Assembly: GCA_036336805.1 (NCBI GenBank)
Contig: JAYZFJ010000056.1
Location: 5,014-69,013 of the forward strand
Reading direction: 5' to 3'
Source: Planctomycetota bacterium
Lineage (GTDB): Bacteria > Planctomycetota > Phycisphaerae > Phycisphaerales > SM1A02
Length of the DNA: 64,000 nt
A program made the translations under genes and the position numbers. How positions within the stretch are numbered: position 1 is the first letter of the stretch; every line of letters starts with the position of its first letter. A model generated the notes under the pieces. That model was not told the DNA's origin and did no database searches. It saw only the letters and a program-made list of their open reading frames with translations. This document shows positions 27,245 to 37,848 of this stretch, piece after piece.

Positions 27245-30058
27245 ATGAGCGAAGGACAGACTGAAAAGCGCAGCTACAAGAAGACCCTCAATCTGCCCCG
27301 AACCGGGTTTCCCATGAAGGCGAATCTCGCGCAGAACGAGCCGAAGTCGGTCAAGGCATGGAAGGCGGAGAACATCTACTCCAGGGTTCAGGCCGCCCGG
27401 GAGGGTGCGCCCTGCTTCAGCTTCCACGACGGTCCGCCCTACGCCAACGGTGACATTCACGTTGGGCATCTGATGAACAAGGTCCTCAAGGACCTCGTGG
27501 TCCGTTCTCAGCTGATGGAAGGACGATGGTGTGCCTTCGTCCCCGGTTGGGACTGCCACGGACTGCCGATCGAGCAACGGGTGATGGAAGAACTGGTCGA
27601 GAGTGGGCGAATCGAGAAGATCTCGAGCCTCGAACCCGACCAGCAGCGCATGGCGGTCCGTCGTGAATCGCAGAAGCTGGCCGAGAAGTTCCACAAGCGC
27701 CAGCGTCTCCAGATGGAGTCGCTGCTCACCTTCGCCGACTACGATCACCCCTACCTCACGATGAGTCCGGAATTCGAGGCCGCGACTCTCGACGTCTTCG
27801 CGGATCTCTGCGGGCATGGTCTGGTCTATCGGGACCTCAAGCCAGTTCACTGGTCGCTGGAGAACCGGACTGCTCTGGCGGAGGCCGAGCTCGAGTACAT
27901 GGACCGGGAGGACCCCTCGGTCTACGTCGAGTTCGAGGCGGTTGATCGCGATGCGGTCGCGGCCGCGTTCGGTGTCGATCTGGACGTCACGCCCTCCTTC
28001 ATGATCTGGACGACCACCCCCTGGACCCTGGTGGCGAACCTGGCCATCGCGGTGCATGAACGCTTCGACTACGTCCTGGCCCGCATCGACGGCAGCGAGA
28101 CCGTCGTCGCGAAGGAACTCCTGGATGCGCTCGCCCGGCAGTCCGGCGCCGAGTCGATCGAGGTGATCGGGACGTGTCCGGGTTCGAAGCTGGTGGGACT
28201 GAGCTACCACCACCCGTTCTGCGATCGCGTCGGCCCGATCGTCGCCGCGGACTACGTCACTCTGGAAGGGGGAACCGGTCTGGTCCACACCGCACCCGGC
28301 CATGGCGCCGACGACTACCGGACCGGCCTGCGCGAGGGGCTGCCGATCTACTGCCCGGTTCTCGAGGATGGCACCTACGACGACAGTGTTCCCGAGTGGA
28401 TGCAGGGTCTCTCGATCTGGGAGGCCAACACCCGTGTCACGGAACTGCTTCGCGACAGCGGGCACCTCTTCCACGACTACCTGTTCACCCACAGCTATCC
28501 CCATGACTGGCGCGCCAAGACTCCGGTGATCTTCCGCGCGACCGAACAGTGGTTCATCGGGGTCGATCGTCCGTTCGACGACGGCCCGTCCTTGCGGGAT
28601 CGCGCCCAGCATGCGGTGCAGTCGGAAGTCTCCTTCGTGCCGGAATGGGCCCGCAACCGCATGGTCGGAATGCTCGAGACGCGTCCGGACTGGTGCCTCT
28701 CGCGACAGCGTTCGTGGGGACTCCCGATACCCTCGTTCCGTCGACCGGACGGTTCGGTCTTCCTGACCCCGGCCAGCGTTCGTGCCGTGGGAGCGGCCTT
28801 CCGCGCCCGGGGAAGCGATGCCTGGTTCCTCGAGACCCCGGTGCAACTGCTCGGTGACTACGACCCCTCTTCGGATCCCGACGCCCCGGCCGATCTCAAC
28901 CTCTCGGACCTGGTGAAGATGTACGACATCTTCGACGTCTGGTTCGAGTCGGGGTCCACCTGGAATTCCGTGTGCCGGGAACGTTCACTCGGCTATCCGA
29001 TCGACCTCTACCTCGAAGGCTCGGATCAGCATCGCGGTTGGTTCCAGGCGTCCCTGCTGACCGCCGCCGGCGTGACCGGTGCCGCTCCCTACCGGACCCT
29101 GCTCACCCACGGATTCATGGTCGACAAGGACGGACGAAAGATGTCCAAGTCCGGGGGCAACGCCCTCGCCGTGGAGGCGCTGTTGAAGGACTACGGGGCG
29201 GACGTCTGTCGCTGGTGGGTCTCCTCCCTGGCGTTCGACGGTGACGTGAAGGTCGATCTGGAGTTCTTCCGCCTGGCCGGGGAGAGCTACCGGAAGGTCC
29301 GCAACACCCTTCGCTTCCTCCTGTCGAACCTCGACGACTTCGATCCGACGTCGGACCAGGTCTCGCTGGACTCCATCGAACCCCACACCGTCGATGGCTG
29401 GATACTCGGCCACGCCGCCCAGGTCGAGCGTCACGTGCGTGACGCCCTCCATCGGTACGCGTTTCGCGAGGCGCATCTCGCCCTCTTCGACTTCTGCAAC
29501 GACGCGCTCTCCTCGACCTACTGCGTCGCGGTCAAGGATCGTCTCTACTGCGACACCCCGGACTCCCCGCGCCGTCGCCGGTGCCAGACCACCATGCACG
29601 TCCTGGCCGACCTCCTGTGCCGACTGCTGGGACCGATCATCCCGCACACCGCCAACGAGGCGTTCGCGCAGCTGCATGGCGAGGACGTGCGATTCTTCGA
29701 GTCCTCGCACCTCGACCTCTCCTACGAGAGCGCTCCCGAATGGCCCGCGGTCATGGTCCAGATGGAGGGCGTGCTCAAGGCACTGGAGGAGGCGAAGTCC
29801 CGCGGCATCGAGAACCCGCTGGATGCCGGCGTGGTGGTACCCGATCCCGAGGACCGCTTCCTGCCGTTCGCCGAGGATTTCGCTGATCTCTGCGGAGTGA
29901 GTCGGGCGCGTTTCCAGCATGGCCTCGGTACGATCGAGATCGAAGACCTCCGCGACGAACCACGATGCGAGCGTTCCTGGAAGCGGGATCCCACCGTCGC
30001 GGAGCGATCCGATGGCGGGATGCTCAGCGACCGGGACGCCGCGGCGATCGGTGTCTGA
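27245..30058 (+). CDS. ileS: isoleucine--tRNA ligase
   Basis: Class I HIGH motif (PYANGDIHVGH), KMSKS motif (GRKMSKSGGN), and a CP1 editing-domain-sized insert. Length is 937 aa. Confidence 0.97.
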   Translation: MSEGQTEKRSYKKTLNLPRTGFPMKANLAQNEPKSVKAWKAENIYSRVQAAREGAPCFSFHDGPPYANGDIHVGHLMNKVLKDLVVRSQLMEGRWCAFVPGWDCHGLPIEQRVMEELVESGRIEKISSLEPDQQRMAVRRESQKLAEKFHKRQRLQMESLLTFADYDHPYLTMSPEFEAATLDVFADLCGHGLVYRDLKPVHWSLENRTALAEAELEYMDREDPSVYVEFEAVDRDAVAAAFGVDLDVTPSFMIWTTTPWTLVANLAIAVHERFDYVLARIDGSETVVAKELLDALARQSGAESIEVIGTCPGSKLVGLSYHHPFCDRVGPIVAADYVTLEGGTGLVHTAPGHGADDYRTGLREGLPIYCPVLEDGTYDDSVPEWMQGLSIWEANTRVTELLRDSGHLFHDYLFTHSYPHDWRAKTPVIFRATEQWFIGVDRPFDDGPSLRDRAQHAVQSEVSFVPEWARNRMVGMLETRPDWCLSRQRSWGLPIPSFRRPDGSVFLTPASVRAVGAAFRARGSDAWFLETPVQLLGDYDPSSDPDAPADLNLSDLVKMYDIFDVWFESGSTWNSVCRERSLGYPIDLYLEGSDQHRGWFQASLLTAAGVTGAAPYRTLLTHGFMVDKDGRKMSKSGGNALAVEALLKDYGADVCRWWVSSLAFDGDVKVDLEFFRLAGESYRKVRNTLRFLLSNLDDFDPTSDQVSLDSIEPHTVDGWILGHAAQVERHVRDALHRYAFREAHLALFDFCNDALSSTYCVAVKDRLYCDTPDSPRRRRCQTTMHVLADLLCRLLGPIIPHTANEAFAQLHGEDVRFFESSHLDLSYESAPEWPAVMVQMEGVLKALEEAKSRGIENPLDAGVVVPDPEDRFLPFAEDFADLCGVSRARFQHGLGTIEIEDLRDEPRCERSWKRDPTVAERSDGGMLSDRDAAAIGV

Positions 30059-30116
30059 ACACCATCCTTCATCCCGAATTCGAACCTCCAAGCCAAGGAC
30101 CCGAGATCCAACACCC

Positions 30117-30476
30117 ATGAGCGAACAACTGCCCAACATCGATTTCGAACACTTCAGCAAGATCGATTTCCGTGTCGCCACCGTGACCGCCTGCGAGGCG
30201 CACCCCAACGCCGACAAGCTCCTCAAGGTGACGCTCGATGACGGGACCCCGGAGGGACGTCAGGTCTGCGCCGGGATCAAGGCCTGGTACGAGCCGGAAT
30301 CCCTGGTGGGGAAGCAGGTGGTGATCGTGGCGAACCTCGAGCCACGCAAGCTCCGAGGCGAGATCAGCCAGGGCATGATCCTGGCCGCGAGCGAGATGAC
30401 CGGCGAGGGTGATGAGCGCGAGGTCCGGGTGCTGGCGGTCGACGGGGCCGTGCCTCCCGGCTCGCGGGTCAGTTGA
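30117..30476 (+). CDS. tRNA-binding domain protein (CsaA / MetRS C-terminal / EMAP-II-like OB fold)
   Basis: Internal ATG at 30117. FRVATVTACEAHPNADKLLKVTLDDG...QVCAGIKAWYEPESLVGKQVVIVANLEPRKLRGEISQGMILAA is typical of this family. Confidence 0.85.
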   Translation: MSEQLPNIDFEHFSKIDFRVATVTACEAHPNADKLLKVTLDDGTPEGRQVCAGIKAWYEPESLVGKQVVIVANLEPRKLRGEISQGMILAASEMTGEGDEREVRVLAVDGAVPPGSRVS

Positions 30477-30530
30477 GTCCACCCGGCGGAAGTTCGCCGG
30501 GGAACACGGTCGGTCTGGTTGCGGACGGAG

Positions 30531-32516
30531 TCAGCTCGAAGTGGTCGCCGGGGCATCCGAGGCATCGGCGGTCGTCGAGTCATCAGACTGCTCGCCGTCC
30601 TCCACGCTGATTCCAGCGTCCTCCGCTTCCGCGGCCGCCTGGGTCTCACGATCCATGTAGCGGAAGTTGTGACGCTTGCGCAGGGCCTTCAGGGAGAACG
30701 TTTCCAGCAGGTCGCTGGCCGTCTCCTCGCTCGCCATGATTCCGAAGAGTCCCTCGGAGTCCGCGAGCTCGCGCCAGCTCTCCTGAGTCATCGGCTTCAG
30801 GGAGGCGATCTGCACACCGATCACCGAGAGGCTCTTCTCGTCCGGAATGAAGAAGATCCGCTTCGAGGCGGGAAGGTCGCCGGCCGGAATCGTGTAGTCG
30901 AGGCCCTCGCTCCGCTCGATGATCTGATTGACCACGGTGCTTTCCGGAGCCAATCCGAGGATCCTGGTGGGGGACTTGATGCCGTAGCGGAGGAACTGCG
31001 GATTCGCTTCGGCGATGTTCGCCTGGAACCTGACCTCGACGTCGTTCTCCTCCGCGATCGTCTGGAGTCCGGACGCCGCGGCCCTGGCTTCGAGCTGGGG
31101 GATCTCCGCGACCAGCTTCTGGTACCGCTCAAGGTTGCGGACGTCCCGCTCGACCTGGTCCCGCACCTCGTCGAGGTTCGCGGGAGGATGCTCCCGATCG
31201 GCCTTGATCAGGCGGAATATGTAGAGGTTTCCGGGGTTGTCGGTGAAGACCGGACTCGAGACGCCCAGCTGCGAGGGAATCACGTCCTGCTTCCCGAATT
31301 CGGTGGCGGACATCACGTATTCACCGGGAGAGATCGCCCGGGTTCCGAACTTGTTGGACCGACTCTGGCCGAGGCCCTCGATGGCATTGATCTCGCTGGC
31401 GGTCAGCAGGCCGTCGGAGACTCCGAGGGACGGGGGGGTGTCGAGACCGAACTCCTCGACCATCGCGGTCGCCAGTTCGTCGTAGTTGGCGCGCTGCTCC
31501 GCCCAGTCCTCGGGCAGCGAGTATTCGCCACCGGTTCGGGACAGTCCCCGCCGCGGCAGCTGGATCTGGTCGTTGAGGAACTTCGCGATCTCCTTCATCC
31601 GATCGTCCAGCTCCTCCTGGCCAAGGATGCGTCGGACGGAGTTCTCGTAGTCCTTGAATGCGGGCTTCTCACCACCGACGGCGATCGCACCGAAGCGTTC
31701 CGGATCCTGCATGAACGCCTTGCGCATCGTGATGGGGTCGATTCCCGAACCGTTCGTCAGGGCTTCGGAGACCTGTTCGCGATCGACCATCAGCCATTCA
31801 AGTTCCGCGCGGTCCTCGAACTTGTATCCGAACCCGGTGTCCCCATCCCCGGCAAGAACTTCACGGTAGGTCGTGAACTGGGTCTGCAGGGATTCCTCGT
31901 CCGGTGCTTCCGATGATTCCTCGTCACTGTCTTCCGGGGCCCGCTTCGCATCGAGGATGAGCAGGTCCGCGTCGACGGCCATGCCGAGTTTCGCCGCGGT
32001 GTTCTGGAGACGCACGTCTGAGAAACGAGCCGCGGTCTGGAACTGCTGCGAAAGCCGTCCCACACCCTGGATCTTGGCCAGGGTCTGCAGGGCCTTCTGG
32101 GTGTTGAAACCGGAGGTTCCCTGCATGCGGGCGATGAGCGTGGTCGGGCTCACCGCACCGTTGGACTGCAGGCTCATCGATTCGGCCATTCGTTCGCCGG
32201 ACCCGGGGCCTCCGACCAGTCCCGCCTGTTCGGCTTCCCGGCTCAGCAGATACCAGTAGGCGGGGTCGTTCGCCGCACCCAGTGCGTTGATGAACGGATT
32301 GCTCGCCAGTTCGAGGATGCGCAGCTCGGCCTGCAGTTCCTGGAGGCGTCCGGTGGTGACGGTTTCGCCATCGCCGACTTCCGCCCAGTCGCCACCGGTC
32401 TGCGCCGCGTACTGGGAGAGGCCTTGAATCGCCTGAGGGAGGAGGAAGCTGATGAGGAGGATCGTGCCGAAGACCGCGAGGATCCAACCCTGGTATTGAC
32501 GGAGGAACTTGAACAT
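30531..32516 (-). CDS. PpiD/SurA-N-like periplasmic chaperone, membrane-anchored
   Basis: N-terminus MFKFLRQYQGWILAVFGTILLISFLLPQ is the typical PpiD N-terminal anchor. It is followed by a long helical domain and an acidic C-terminal tail. A parvulin domain is not obvious by eye. Confidence 0.6.
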   Translation of the reverse strand: MFKFLRQYQGWILAVFGTILLISFLLPQAIQGLSQYAAQTGGDWAEVGDGETVTTGRLQELQAELRILELASNPFINALGAANDPAYWYLLSREAEQAGLVGGPGSGERMAESMSLQSNGAVSPTTLIARMQGTSGFNTQKALQTLAKIQGVGRLSQQFQTAARFSDVRLQNTAAKLGMAVDADLLILDAKRAPEDSDEESSEAPDEESLQTQFTTYREVLAGDGDTGFGYKFEDRAELEWLMVDREQVSEALTNGSGIDPITMRKAFMQDPERFGAIAVGGEKPAFKDYENSVRRILGQEELDDRMKEIAKFLNDQIQLPRRGLSRTGGEYSLPEDWAEQRANYDELATAMVEEFGLDTPPSLGVSDGLLTASEINAIEGLGQSRSNKFGTRAISPGEYVMSATEFGKQDVIPSQLGVSSPVFTDNPGNLYIFRLIKADREHPPANLDEVRDQVERDVRNLERYQKLVAEIPQLEARAAASGLQTIAEENDVEVRFQANIAEANPQFLRYGIKSPTRILGLAPESTVVNQIIERSEGLDYTIPAGDLPASKRIFFIPDEKSLSVIGVQIASLKPMTQESWRELADSEGLFGIMASEETASDLLETFSLKALRKRHNFRYMDRETQAAAEAEDAGISVEDGEQSDDSTTADASDAPATTSS

Positions 32517-32576
32517 GACGACCTTCCGTGGGCAGCGCCCGTGATCGACTGATGCGGTGGAGCCTGCGTCCGAGGA

Positions 32577-33182
32577 CTAGCGATAGAATTCGACGATGAG
32601 GTTCGTGTTCACATCGAACGGGATCTGGTCCGAAGTGGGCTGGGCCACGACCTTCAGCGTGAGTTCCGCGGGGTTCACTTCCAGCCAACCGGGCACCATG
32701 TGGCCGGCCAGACTTTCCATGTTCTCGCGGGCGAGCTTCGTGGACGAATCCTTGCCGCGAACGGTGATGACGTCTCCGGGGGAGAGTCGGTAGCTCGGCC
32801 GGTCGACCTTCTTGCCGTTGACCAGAAGGTGTCCGTGCACCACGAACTGTCGTGCCGCCCAGATCGTCCGGGTGAAGCCGGCCCGACGGATCACGTTGTC
32901 GAAGCGGCATTCGAGCAGCTGCAGAAGGTTCTCCCCGGTGTTGCCGGGGCGCCGAGTCGCTTCCGCGAGGTATCGGCGGAACTGCTTCTCCATCACGTTG
33001 TAGTGGTAGCGGAGCTTCTGCTTCTCATCCTTGCGGATGCCATAGTCCTTCACACGTCGTCCGCGGAAGCCGTGCATCCCGGGCGGGGACAGCTGTCGCT
33101 TGGAGGTGTGCTTGGGGATGTCCGCGATCGGCACGCCGACGCGTCTGGAGAGCTTGACCTTGGGTCCCAGGTATCGGGCCAT
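32577..33182 (-). CDS. rpsD: 30S ribosomal protein S4
   Basis: MARYLGPKVKLSRRVG... is the canonical S4 N-terminus, and an S4 RNA-binding domain is present (RLDNVIRRAGF-like CRFDNVIRRAGFTRT). Internal ATG at 33182. Confidence 0.97.
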   Translation of the reverse strand: MARYLGPKVKLSRRVGVPIADIPKHTSKRQLSPPGMHGFRGRRVKDYGIRKDEKQKLRYHYNVMEKQFRRYLAEATRRPGNTGENLLQLLECRFDNVIRRAGFTRTIWAARQFVVHGHLLVNGKKVDRPSYRLSPGDVITVRGKDSSTKLARENMESLAGHMVPGWLEVNPAELTLKVVAQPTSDQIPFDVNTNLIVEFYR

Positions 33183-33358
33183 GGGGTTCCTTCCGGGTTC
33201 TATGGAGCAAGAAGAGACGAAACAGACCTTCCCAGTGGGGGAAGTCGAGTCGAGCATTGAACCACCAGATCGCCTCCACGTCAAGATTCGGGAGCCGTTG
33301 GGAAAGGGTACGGAGTCATCCTCGAGACCGCGTTTGGGCCCAAAAATGCCGCTGAGGC

Positions 33359-35296
33359 TCAATGAGGGGCGATTGAGGACTCATACGCGCGACTTTCGTC
33401 GTTGCGTCGCCATTTGAGATAGGCCGTGTTCAGGACCCGTAAACCACCGGGAGTAGGGTAGTTACCCGTGAAATACCAGTCTCCGGTGAACTCCGGCATC
33501 GCTTGGCGAAGCCCCTCCACCGTCTGATAGACCACGGAAATCTCGCCATCCCATTCCAGCTGGTCGGAATGGATCAGCCGGGCGATGCGCTGGGAGAGTT
33601 CCTCGTGGGTGAACGGTTCGTAGAGTCGAGCGACGTGGTTGACCAGTTCGCCGTTTGGCAGTTTCTCCTGCTGAAGGCAGGCGGTTTCGACTTCTTCGAG
33701 GAGCCCCTGTTCGCCTCGTTCGTGCAGCAGGTCCACCGCCGCCTCGAACGCGATGAAGCGTCCCAGCTGGCTCATGTCGATGCCGTAGCAGTCCGGGTAC
33801 ATGATCGGTGGGGCGCTGGATGCAATGACGATCTTGCGTGGGTTCAGTCTCGAAAGCATCGTGATGATCGATTCCCGAAGGGTGGTCCCCCGGACGATCG
33901 AATCGTCGATCACCACCAGGGTGTCCCGGTTCGAGGCGATTCCCCGAGTCAGGTCGTAGACGTGACCGACCAGATTCTTCCGGGCCGAGTCATGCGTGAT
34001 GAAGGTCCTCAGACGCTGGTCCTTCTGCGCGATCTTCTCCGCACGAGGGGATGCCGAGAGCGCCTGCTCGATGGCGGTGCGATCGGCCGATCCATTTCGG
34101 ACCAGTTCGAGGATGTCGTCGACCGCGCGCCGGTGGGCATGTGCCTGGAGGCCTTCGAGCATGCCCAGGTAGGCGGTTTCGGCGGTGTTGGGGATGAACC
34201 CGAAGACCGAATGGTCCAGATCGTCGTCGATCTCCTCCAGAATGCGTGGGACGAGATTGCGTCCCAGGTTCTTGCGTTCCTGGTAGATGTCTCGGTCGTT
34301 GCCCCGGCTGAAGTAGATCCGTTCGAAGGTGCAGCGCCTCGGCGGGAGCGGGTCGATGTAGGGCTTGACTTCGTAGTCTCCGTCACGCTTGATCATCAGA
34401 GCGTGTCCCGGTGGGAGTTCCTGCACCTCGCTGGGATCGACGTTGAAGACGGTGCACAGCGCCGGGCGCTCGCTGGCCACCGCGATCACTTCCGAATCGA
34501 CGTGGAGGAAGGCGGGTCGGATCCCCGCCGGATCCCGGCAGGTGAAGAGGTCCCCGTTGCCCAGCAGGCCCCCCAGGACCCAGCCGCCATCGAAGTCGGC
34601 GGTGGCCTTGCGGAGGATCCTCAGAAGATCGAGCTGCCGGGAGACCTCCGTCGCCAGTTCCCGGCCGCGCAGGTTGGCGAACGAACCCTCGCCCATCGTG
34701 CTGGAGAGCATGTTGTGCTCCCGGTCGATCATGTAGCCGATGCGTTCCATCACCGCCTGGGTGTCCGATTCCCCCACGACGTGGAGGCCGTACTCGACCA
34801 GGCGCTGGTGGAGCTCGGCCGCATTGGTGAGGTTGAAGTTGCCGGCCAGGGCCAGGTTTCGGCTGGCGACGTTGTTGCGTCTCACCAGGGGATGGCAGGC
34901 GTCGGTGGTCTGGCCTCCGTGGGTGCCGTAACGCAGGTGGCCGATCATCGCCTCTCCGAGCATCGGCACCCGTCGCTTGAGGGAGACGTCGTCGAGCTCG
35001 CGCAACTGCTTCTGTGAAAGGCGCGAGGCCGGCCCCATCGCACGATCGAAGAGGCGCTCGATCGGGTTGGTCTTGGCGGAGCGCAGGCGCTCCATGAACC
35101 GATCACCCGGTTGCATGTCGAACTTGACGGTTCCGATGCCCGCCCCGTCCTGGCCGCGGTTGTGCTGTTTCTCCATCAACAGGAACAGGCGATGCAATCC
35201 CCAGAAGGGGTCGTCGTACTGCTCGCGATACCACGAGAGGTCCTTTCTCAGTCGGACCACCGCGAGGCCGCATTCGTGGAGGATTCGATCGCTCAT
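33359..35296 (-). CDS. purF: amidophosphoribosyltransferase (class II glutamine amidotransferase, long form)
   Basis: N-terminal ...HECGLAVV (Ntn Cys), NRGQDGAGI, and a PRTase motif VVIDDSIVRGTT. Confidence 0.88.
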   Translation of the reverse strand: MSDRILHECGLAVVRLRKDLSWYREQYDDPFWGLHRLFLLMEKQHNRGQDGAGIGTVKFDMQPGDRFMERLRSAKTNPIERLFDRAMGPASRLSQKQLRELDDVSLKRRVPMLGEAMIGHLRYGTHGGQTTDACHPLVRRNNVASRNLALAGNFNLTNAAELHQRLVEYGLHVVGESDTQAVMERIGYMIDREHNMLSSTMGEGSFANLRGRELATEVSRQLDLLRILRKATADFDGGWVLGGLLGNGDLFTCRDPAGIRPAFLHVDSEVIAVASERPALCTVFNVDPSEVQELPPGHALMIKRDGDYEVKPYIDPLPPRRCTFERIYFSRGNDRDIYQERKNLGRNLVPRILEEIDDDLDHSVFGFIPNTAETAYLGMLEGLQAHAHRRAVDDILELVRNGSADRTAIEQALSASPRAEKIAQKDQRLRTFITHDSARKNLVGHVYDLTRGIASNRDTLVVIDDSIVRGTTLRESIITMLSRLNPRKIVIASSAPPIMYPDCYGIDMSQLGRFIAFEAAVDLLHERGEQGLLEEVETACLQQEKLPNGELVNHVARLYEPFTHEELSQRIARLIHSDQLEWDGEISVVYQTVEGLRQAMPEFTGDWYFTGNYPTPGGLRVLNTAYLKWRRNDESRAYESSIAPH

Positions 35297-35342
35297 GTTC
35301 GCCGTCGAGAATATCGAGTTCGCGACGCTCGGTGTTCAATTG

Positions 35343-36182
35343 TCAGGCAAAGAGTCCGAGTTGAACCGGATCCGGCCGGGGCAGGTCCAGTTCCACCCGG
35401 GACCCCGGCTGGTTCGGCCAGCTGATCTCCATTCGATCCGCGAGTTCCGGGACGTTTCGCTCCCAGAACCGGCGAAGGCGCTCCCGGCAGTTGCAGTCCC
35501 GTGAGAGGTGCAGGAGGACGACGGCGCCCAGTGGTCGGGCCTCCGCGGGCCGATCGGCGAGGGTTCGGACCGCCTCGAGGCATTGCTGGTTGGACAGGTG
35601 CCCTCGGCCACCCATGATGCGCTCGATCAGGTAGGGGGATCGGCCGGATTCTCGTTGCATCACGGGGTCGTAGTTCGATTCGATGCCCAGGGCGTCCACC
35701 CCCGCGAGGTGCTCGAGCAGGGCGGGTTCCACGCTTCCCAGGTCGGTGGCCCACCCCAGACTGGCGTCACCGCAGCGAATCCTGAACGCCGCGCTGCCCG
35801 TTTGGTCGTGCGGGGTGCGGATCGGATCGAACTCGACTCCCGCAACGGGCTGAAACGCTCGATCGAAGGGTCTCAGCAGGTCGGGGGGTACGCCCTTGCG
35901 TTCCGCCTCGGCGAGGTGCGCGCGGGGGACATGGACCGGAGTGCGGGTGCGCTGGAGGGTTCGGGTCCAACTTGATCGCATGTGATCGGAATCCGCGTGG
36001 GTGAGGACGATTGCCTCGATCGTCCTGCCCTCGAGCCCGAGTTCCTTCATCCGCCCGGCCACGGTGCGCGGCCCCAGTCCCGCATCGAGCAGCAGGTGGT
36101 GGTGGGCATGGTCGGTCCGGAAGGAGAGCAGGGTGGCATTGCCACTGCTCGAGGAGCCCAGGACCTGAAAGGCGATCGACAA
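35343..36182 (-). CDS. MBL-fold metallo-hydrolase
   Basis: HxHxDH motif as LTHADSDHM, with LLLDAGLG upstream and a typical beta-lactamase-fold length. Confidence 0.8.
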   Translation of the reverse strand: MSIAFQVLGSSSSGNATLLSFRTDHAHHHLLLDAGLGPRTVAGRMKELGLEGRTIEAIVLTHADSDHMRSSWTRTLQRTRTPVHVPRAHLAEAERKGVPPDLLRPFDRAFQPVAGVEFDPIRTPHDQTGSAAFRIRCGDASLGWATDLGSVEPALLEHLAGVDALGIESNYDPVMQRESGRSPYLIERIMGGRGHLSNQQCLEAVRTLADRPAEARPLGAVVLLHLSRDCNCRERLRRFWERNVPELADRMEISWPNQPGSRVELDLPRPDPVQLGLFA

Positions 36183-36212
36183 CGGCGCATCCTTGCGGGG
36201 TTGGGGGCGGCG

Positions 36213-37043
36213 TCACGTGGTGGGGCGTGCGTCGTACCCACTTCGGGATCGGGAATGGAACGCGGTGCAGATCGGGCGTTCCGAGCGGTCGAGGAAGTCG
36301 GTGATCCGCTGGAGCACCGGGTCTCGGGTCTCCGTGGCCCTCTGCCGGATCTCGTCGATCGCCGTTGGCACCGAGAGCCCGCGCCGGTTGATGATCTTGA
36401 ACACCCAGCGGACCATCGCGATCTCTTCCGCGCTCATGCCCAGCCGACGCATGCCGACCAGGTTCACGCTGGCCGCGATGTTCGTCGCGGTGATCACGAA
36501 CCAGGGGAGGACGTCGTGGGTGGTGGCCGCACCTCCGCTGAGCATCGCCCCGAACCCGAGTCGCACGAACTGGTGGACGCAGGTGCCGCCACCGATGTTC
36601 ACATGGTCCTCCACGATCGTATGGCCGGCCAGCTGGACGGAATTCGCCATGGTCACGTTGTTCCCCACCTGGGTGTCGTGACCGGCGTGGGCCTGGGCCA
36701 TGATGTAGTTGTTGTTCCCGAGGGTGGTCGGTGCCTCGTTGGTGAGGGCACGATTGATCGTGACGTGCTCGCGAATCACGTTGTCGTTGCCGATGAGGAC
36801 CCCGGGACTCTCGTGACCGGGATCGACCGAGCGGGACTGCGGGGTGAAGCCGATCGTGGTGAAGGGGTAGATGACGTTGCCGGATCCGATCCGGGTCGGT
36901 CCGGTGATCCAGCAGTCCCCGACGAGTCGAGAGCCCGAACCGATCGACACCGTTCCGGAGATCGTGCAGCGCGGCCCGATCTCGACGTCGTCCGCGAGTT
37001 CGACGTCACCGTCGATGATGGCTGTAGGGTGGATCTTCGGCAC
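36213..37043 (-). CDS. lpxA: acyl-ACP--UDP-N-acetylglucosamine O-acyltransferase
   Basis: MPKIHPTAIIDGDVELADDVEIGPRCTI begins a left-handed beta-helix of hexapeptide repeats. HAGHD and an LpxA C-terminal helical domain are present (NLVGMRRLGMSAEEI). Confidence 0.9.
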   Translation of the reverse strand: MPKIHPTAIIDGDVELADDVEIGPRCTISGTVSIGSGSRLVGDCWITGPTRIGSGNVIYPFTTIGFTPQSRSVDPGHESPGVLIGNDNVIREHVTINRALTNEAPTTLGNNNYIMAQAHAGHDTQVGNNVTMANSVQLAGHTIVEDHVNIGGGTCVHQFVRLGFGAMLSGGAATTHDVLPWFVITATNIAASVNLVGMRRLGMSAEEIAMVRWVFKIINRRGLSVPTAIDEIRQRATETRDPVLQRITDFLDRSERPICTAFHSRSRSGYDARPTT

Positions 37044-37119
37044 GCCGACAGTGTACCGCCGGGAGGCTCAGGAGTGCCATAATCCCCAGCGATATCTCTC
37101 CGCACGCTACGCTGGGTGC

Positions 37120-37848
37120 ATGAGCGCTCCGCCGCCGAACCCCGCTCCGCTGGTTTTCGAGGACCTTGGCCGCATCGGCTATGCGGAGGCCCTCGAGATC
37201 CAGCGTGCCCGACACGCCGAGGTGGTGGCGGCCCGAGGTGCTGCTTCGGGGCGTGATCACCCCGGCTTTCGGATTCTTCTGCTCGAGCACGATCCCCCCG
37301 TGATCACCCTCACCCGGCGTCCCGGGATTCGCGAGCACCTGCTCGCGACGCCGCAGCTGCTTGCCGCCGATGGGATCCAGGTGGTCGAGACCGATCGAGG
37401 TGGAGACATCACCTACCACGGCCCGGGCCAGTTGGTCGCCTACCCGATCCTGGACCTGACCCTTCTGGGATTGAGGATCCATCCCTACATGCGCCTGCTG
37501 GAGGACGTGGTCATCCGCACCCTCGCGGTGTTCGGGATCGAGGCGGGGCGGGACCCCGATGCCACCGGAGTCTGGATCGATCCCCGAGAACCGACCGCCC
37601 GCAAGATCGCCGCGCTCGGCGTTCGGTTGAGTCGGTGGTGCTCGATGCACGGTCTGGCCCTGAACGTCGATCCCGACCTCGATCATTTCCGCCTGATCGT
37701 TCCCTGCGGGCTTCATGATCGATCGGTCACCAGCCTGCGCGCGGAGCTGGGCGACGCCTGCCCCACGATGGAGACGGTCCGTGGGGTGCTGCGCGGGGCG
37801 TTCGAGGCTCGGATCGCCGAGGCTATTCGAGATCGAGCTCGTCCATGA
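37120..37848 (+). CDS. lipB: lipoyl(octanoyl) transferase
   Basis: LLLEHDPPVITLTRR, RGGDITYHGPGQLVAYPILDL, KIAALGVRLSRWCSMHGLALNV and PCG are all present. Internal ATG at 37120. Confidence 0.9.
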   Translation: MSAPPPNPAPLVFEDLGRIGYAEALEIQRARHAEVVAARGAASGRDHPGFRILLLEHDPPVITLTRRPGIREHLLATPQLLAADGIQVVETDRGGDITYHGPGQLVAYPILDLTLLGLRIHPYMRLLEDVVIRTLAVFGIEAGRDPDATGVWIDPREPTARKIAALGVRLSRWCSMHGLALNVDPDLDHFRLIVPCGLHDRSVTSLRAELGDACPTMETVRGVLRGAFEARIAEAIRDRARP